NCBI GenBank assembly: GCA_964016885.1
Contig: OZ024745.1
Span: 70,928,001-70,992,000, forward strand
DNA: 64,000 nucleotides
Source: Eledone cirrhosa
Lineage: Eukaryota
Direction of reading: 5' to 3'
Under the pieces are notes generated by a model, which searched no databases, had not been told where the DNA came from, and saw nothing but the letters and a program-made list of their open reading frames with translations. Of the stretch, positions 59,906-64,000 are shown in pieces. The position numbers were made by a program, and so were the translations under genes. Position 1 is the first letter of the stretch, and each line of letters begins with the position of its first letter.

Positions 59906-61118
59906 TCAAGGTTATTTGAGGCTCCTGAAAATGGATATAAGTGCTTCCATTCTTACTTCTCTGACTCAGCCATTAAATATATTTCCATTCTATATTACGT
60001 ATCTGTCCCATACATTATACTTAATTATGGTTTCTAATTCAGCCACAAAGACAGCAATTGTATTAGGGGGAGGGGATAAATTGACCTCAGTGTTGGACTG
60101 GTACTTTATTTTATCGACCCCAGAAGAATGAAAGGCAAAGTTAGTGGTTTTCGAATTCAAAACCTAAAGATCTATAATTACATGCAGTAAAGCGTTTCTA
60201 CCAGAAACTCTACCGATTTCTGAATTAAGTACAACGCCAATAGTTTTAGGGGAGACTAAAACCTGATTTAATCGACCCCAGTGCGTTACTGGTACTTTAT
60301 TATCGCAACTTCAAGCGATTGGCGACCTCTAGACTCACCTGATCAACGAAACAATTGTCAGTACTTGAAATAAAGCCCCTTATTGTACAGCCAACCATGT
60401 TACTCTTCATTCTTTCACTATATATATATATATATTGTTATACTTGGGGAGGGTCATATTTGCGTAATATTGCCAGAATTAATATATATGTGTGTGTGTG
60501 TATATATATATATATGTATGTATATATATATATATATATATGTATATATGAGAATAAACGTGCTGCGTGGTTGCTAATGGGTTACATATGAATAAAGTTA
60601 GTCCTTCATCAGTGATCTTCCAACCATCATTGGTATTTCATCGCTTTAAAGACCATATACGTCCGGTTGGTGCGAGCAACGGCTAAAAAAAGTCGTTCGG
60701 ACACGTAAATAAAGGGGACACGAGAGTGTAAACAAACAAATGCTTCACCATCTTTGTTTGTTTACACTCTCGTGTCCCCTTTATTGACGTGTTCCAACGA
60801 CTATATATAAGAATGAGTTCATACTTTTCTAAATAATGAATTTCCAGATACTCTATGCTATATTTGCTATAAATGTTGTTCTTTGTTTTCTATAGTTATT
60901 AATGGATAGGTCAATCTATTCATTTCAACAATAAATATCAACATAATCACATAGATTTAAACGTGTCAAATCTGCCAGGATTTAACTATCACGACACTTA
61001 AAAGTAGTATTATATATATATATACAGTTGTTTATGTAGGTCAGTAGGTGTGTATCTGTGTGTTTATGTGAATGTTTATACAGTTTTTGATCGATATATA
61101 TATATATATACAATGATA

Positions 61119-61448
61119 TTAAATAAATGGAAACTATATTTATAAAACCATATTTATTTTATTATATATATTTCAAGGGTACCAAAACACTTTGGTACGC
61201 TTTCTTCGGATAAAATACAAAGTTTGTTTTATAAATAGAGACATACCCAGGGAAATCATACCTTCTCAGTTGGATATTCTATCCAGAGAATATCCAACTG
61301 ATAAGGTATGATTTTCCCGGGTATGTCTCTATTTATAAAAGAAACTTTGTATTTTATCTGAAGAAAGCGTACCAAAGTGTTTTGGTACCCTTGAAATATA
61401 TATAATAAAATAAATATGGTTTTATAAATATAGTTTCCATTTATTTAA
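61119..61448. mobile_element. F3 PLE-like fragment forming a ~330-bp near-perfect palindrome
   Basis: Arms of ~160 bp mirror around ~61283; homologous to 52701-53040 and 6832-7000. Confidence 0.75.
61350..61412 (+). ncRNA. Type I hammerhead ribozyme motif (F3) with palindromic TATATA stem III
   Basis: TATTTTAT-CTGAAGA-AAGcGTACCAAA(gtgt)TTTGGTACcCTT-GAAA-TATATA-TA|ATAAAATA; perfect 8-bp stem I. Confidence 0.8.
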
Positions 61449-61784
61449 GTTTATCCCGAGTTCAATCGAGGGTAATCACAGTAAGTAAAGTACTCAATAC
61501 AAGGCAGAGTATAAATATTTAATATAGAAAAGCTTCTACAGGACTGACTTCTACAGATACCTCACTATAGGCTTTGTTAGCTTAAGTGAACCTTAAAAAT
61601 AAGAAGTAGCACCCCCAGTATGAACTTGTTTATAGAATTCTTTCTGACTTTGCTACTTTAAATATAGCTTTCAAAGAATTCCCTTTTCTTTAAACCCATC
61701 AACTAATTACCTCCACCTATCCCAATCACCACCCTTTCCTACCACCAGAAAAGATATAAATACCACCATATTATTTTGACAGTC

Positions 61785-61835
61785 AGCTTCCTGATGATTT
61801 CTCACTAATGAAACAGTTCTAGTCCTGTAGAAGCT
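61785..61835 (+). ncRNA. Type I hammerhead motif (F1)
   Basis: AGCTTC-CTGATGA-tttctcactaat-GAAA-CAG(ttctagtc)CTG-TA|GAAGCT; perfect 6-bp stem I, weak stem II. Confidence 0.65.
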
Positions 61836-61841
61836 TTTCTA

Positions 61842-61877
<36 letters not shown>

Positions 61878-61879
<2 letters not shown>

Positions 61880-62036
61880 CGGAGGAAATGTGGTAAGGAA
61901 CCAGGTGGACCATGACGCACCAAAGTACTCAATATTTAGGGTAGTAGAGTGGGTAATAGGAACGAGTAGGACCCCGACGGCTGAGCTCAAGCCGTTTCGA
62001 CGGCTAATACTGGTCCAGAATTAGCCGTCGAAACGG
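61878..62036 (-). mobile_element. F2 element, reverse orientation
   Basis: Reverse complement of the F2 tail and palindrome. Confidence 0.7.
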
Positions 62037-62163
62037 TATATATATATATACACACACATGTATACACACACGGTATATATATATATACACACACATACAT
62101 TTACATGTATTTATATATTTATGTATATGCATAAATATATATCTATATATATGTATATGTATA

Positions 62164-62227
<64 letters not shown>

Positions 62228-62387
62228 CACACTCTTGTGTTGGCTCACCTGCCAACACAAGAGCAAGAATGAAGGGTCCATTCTACTGACATGGCTATAT
62301 ATATATAGAATACTGTAAGAGCATAGAGTGCTCAACCTGCATACTGCCTATGGAAGCATCTTAGCTACCATCAGATACACACACACC

Positions 62388-62515
<128 letters not shown>

Positions 62516-62642
62516 CACATATATATATATATACATATACATATATAGAGATATATATTTATGCATACACATAAATATACATGTAAATGTATGTGTGTGT
62601 AAATACATGTAAATGTATGTGTGTGTATATATATATATAGGT

Positions 62643-62782
62643 ATAGAGTCCAGAATTAGCCGTCGAAACGGCTTGAGCTCAGCCGTCGGGTTCCTACTCG
62701 TTCCTATTACCCACTCTACTACCTAAGTATTGAGTACTTTGGTGCGTTATGGTCCATTTGGTTCCTTACCACATTTCCTTCG

Positions 62783-62785
<3 letters not shown>
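62643..62785 (+). mobile_element. F2 element truncated at the stem-II loop
   Basis: Begins agagtccagaattagccgtcgaaacgg... plus the F2 tail. Confidence 0.7.
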
Positions 62786-62854
<69 letters not shown>

Positions 62855-62938
62855 TATAAACTTATAAACTTAGCAGCATGGCCCTCCCAAATGTAACAAT
62901 ATAAACATATGCATATATAGATAGATATCTTATAGATA

Positions 62939-63924
62939 TGTTTCTTTTATTTGCCACAAGGGCATCAAAAGTGGGACAAGTACAATGGGGGGAGTTTACA
63001 AAACAAGGCGTCCTCAATAGGGAGGAGGCAATAACAATATATAAAAATAAAATAAAATATAACAAAAAATAGAATTATAACAAAATCCTCAATAGAGGAT
63101 TTTGTTATAAAATATAACAAAAAATAAAATTTATAACAAAATCCTCAATAGAGAGGAGGCGCCTTGGGGGGTCGCACACACCCCAGAAAAAAGTGTGCAA
63201 CCCTTTTCCTCAGGAGCACAGAGAGGGGGTGCTCCCTCGTTCCTTCCTTTTTTCCACCTACAGGCTCATGTAAAGAGAAGGCCCATTCACACGGGCCATT
63301 CTCGCCACTTTCACCCACCTTTCATAAAAACGACTGGGGTGCAGCACCTCTCTCTCCATCCTGATCCTTCTTCCGAAATGATATCGGAAGAAACGGACCA
63401 GTTGTTGGCCAGAGAGAAAGGTGCCTGACCTCAGTCCTTTCAGACGCGTCCACCATACAACCTCTTTCGCCATGGCTATTACGCACAGAAACACCGCCTC
63501 TGCTTCATCTTTGAAGGGGGGAGGCGGCTTGATCATTACAATAGACTCGGTGGTCAACCGGATCGGTCCCACCCTTGACAGCAGTTGTTCGACATAGCCC
63601 CACAGATCGGCTACGCCCGAGCAGTGTACCAATGCGTGTGCAACGGTTTCCTCGTCGCACACGCATCTGGGACAGATCTTTTTGGCGGGGTCCCTACCCG
63701 GGCGCCCATGTCTGTAGAGCCTTTCTCGAACGGGTAAGGCTCCTCGGTAGCACTGCCAGGCCAGGGACTTCTGGAAGTTGTCCATAGGTCCAGGGCTGAA
63801 TGTCCTACCGAACAGGCTGGACAGTTCGTCCTCCTCCATGTCTAGGGCTTCTCCGAGGGCGTCGTCGCACCTGCTGCGTACCAGCCCTCTATAGAATGTT
63901 GCGGTGGAGTCTCCACTGATAACC
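62939..63924 (-). mobile_element. 5'-truncated Tx1/L1-clade LINE: C-terminal part of ORF2 with zinc-knuckle (zf-RVT-like) region plus 3' UTR
   Basis: Uninterrupted frame ~63923->63258 with SLAWQCYRGALPVRERL...CPRC..DEETVAHALVHC....LW. A 16-bp direct repeat AGATATCTTATAGATA at 62923-62938 and 63925-63940 is the TSD. The 3' end (TTTATT.GCCACA.GGG on +) is shared with two other copies. Confidence 0.9.
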
Positions 63925-64000
63925 AGATATCTTATAGATAGTTAGATAGATAGATATGATAATTTCCGTCGAATGAAAGAGTGGTATACCTGTAGAAGCC

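Overview
AT-rich eukaryotic (animal) genomic DNA with extreme microsatellite density ((TA)n, (CA/TG)n, (GA)n, (GATA)n, (AAT)n, (GGT)n). The SINE motifs and repeat landscape look like an octopod cephalopod (Octopus sp.); this is pattern recognition, not verified. Almost all ORFs in the supplied track are microsatellite artefacts. Supportable content: (1) one candidate host gene on + with two phase-compatible coding exons (33700/33784-33850 and 46251/46281-~46795). It encodes a signal-peptide-like hydrophobic segment followed directly by VTPFFQA-GKR, which is a neuropeptide-precursor architecture. (2) Many short elements inserted in (TA)n that carry type I hammerhead ribozyme (HHR) motifs, usually as fold-back inverted repeats. 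These fall into at least four sequence families, some with compensatory base changes, and are most consistent with Penelope-like element (PLE) pseudo-LTR fragments. (3) 5'-truncated LINEs: Tx1/L1-type (one with a 16-bp TSD and intact reading frame), R4/Dong-type stacked in (TAA)n, and RTE-type. (4) Numerous tRNA-derived SINEs and several minisatellites.
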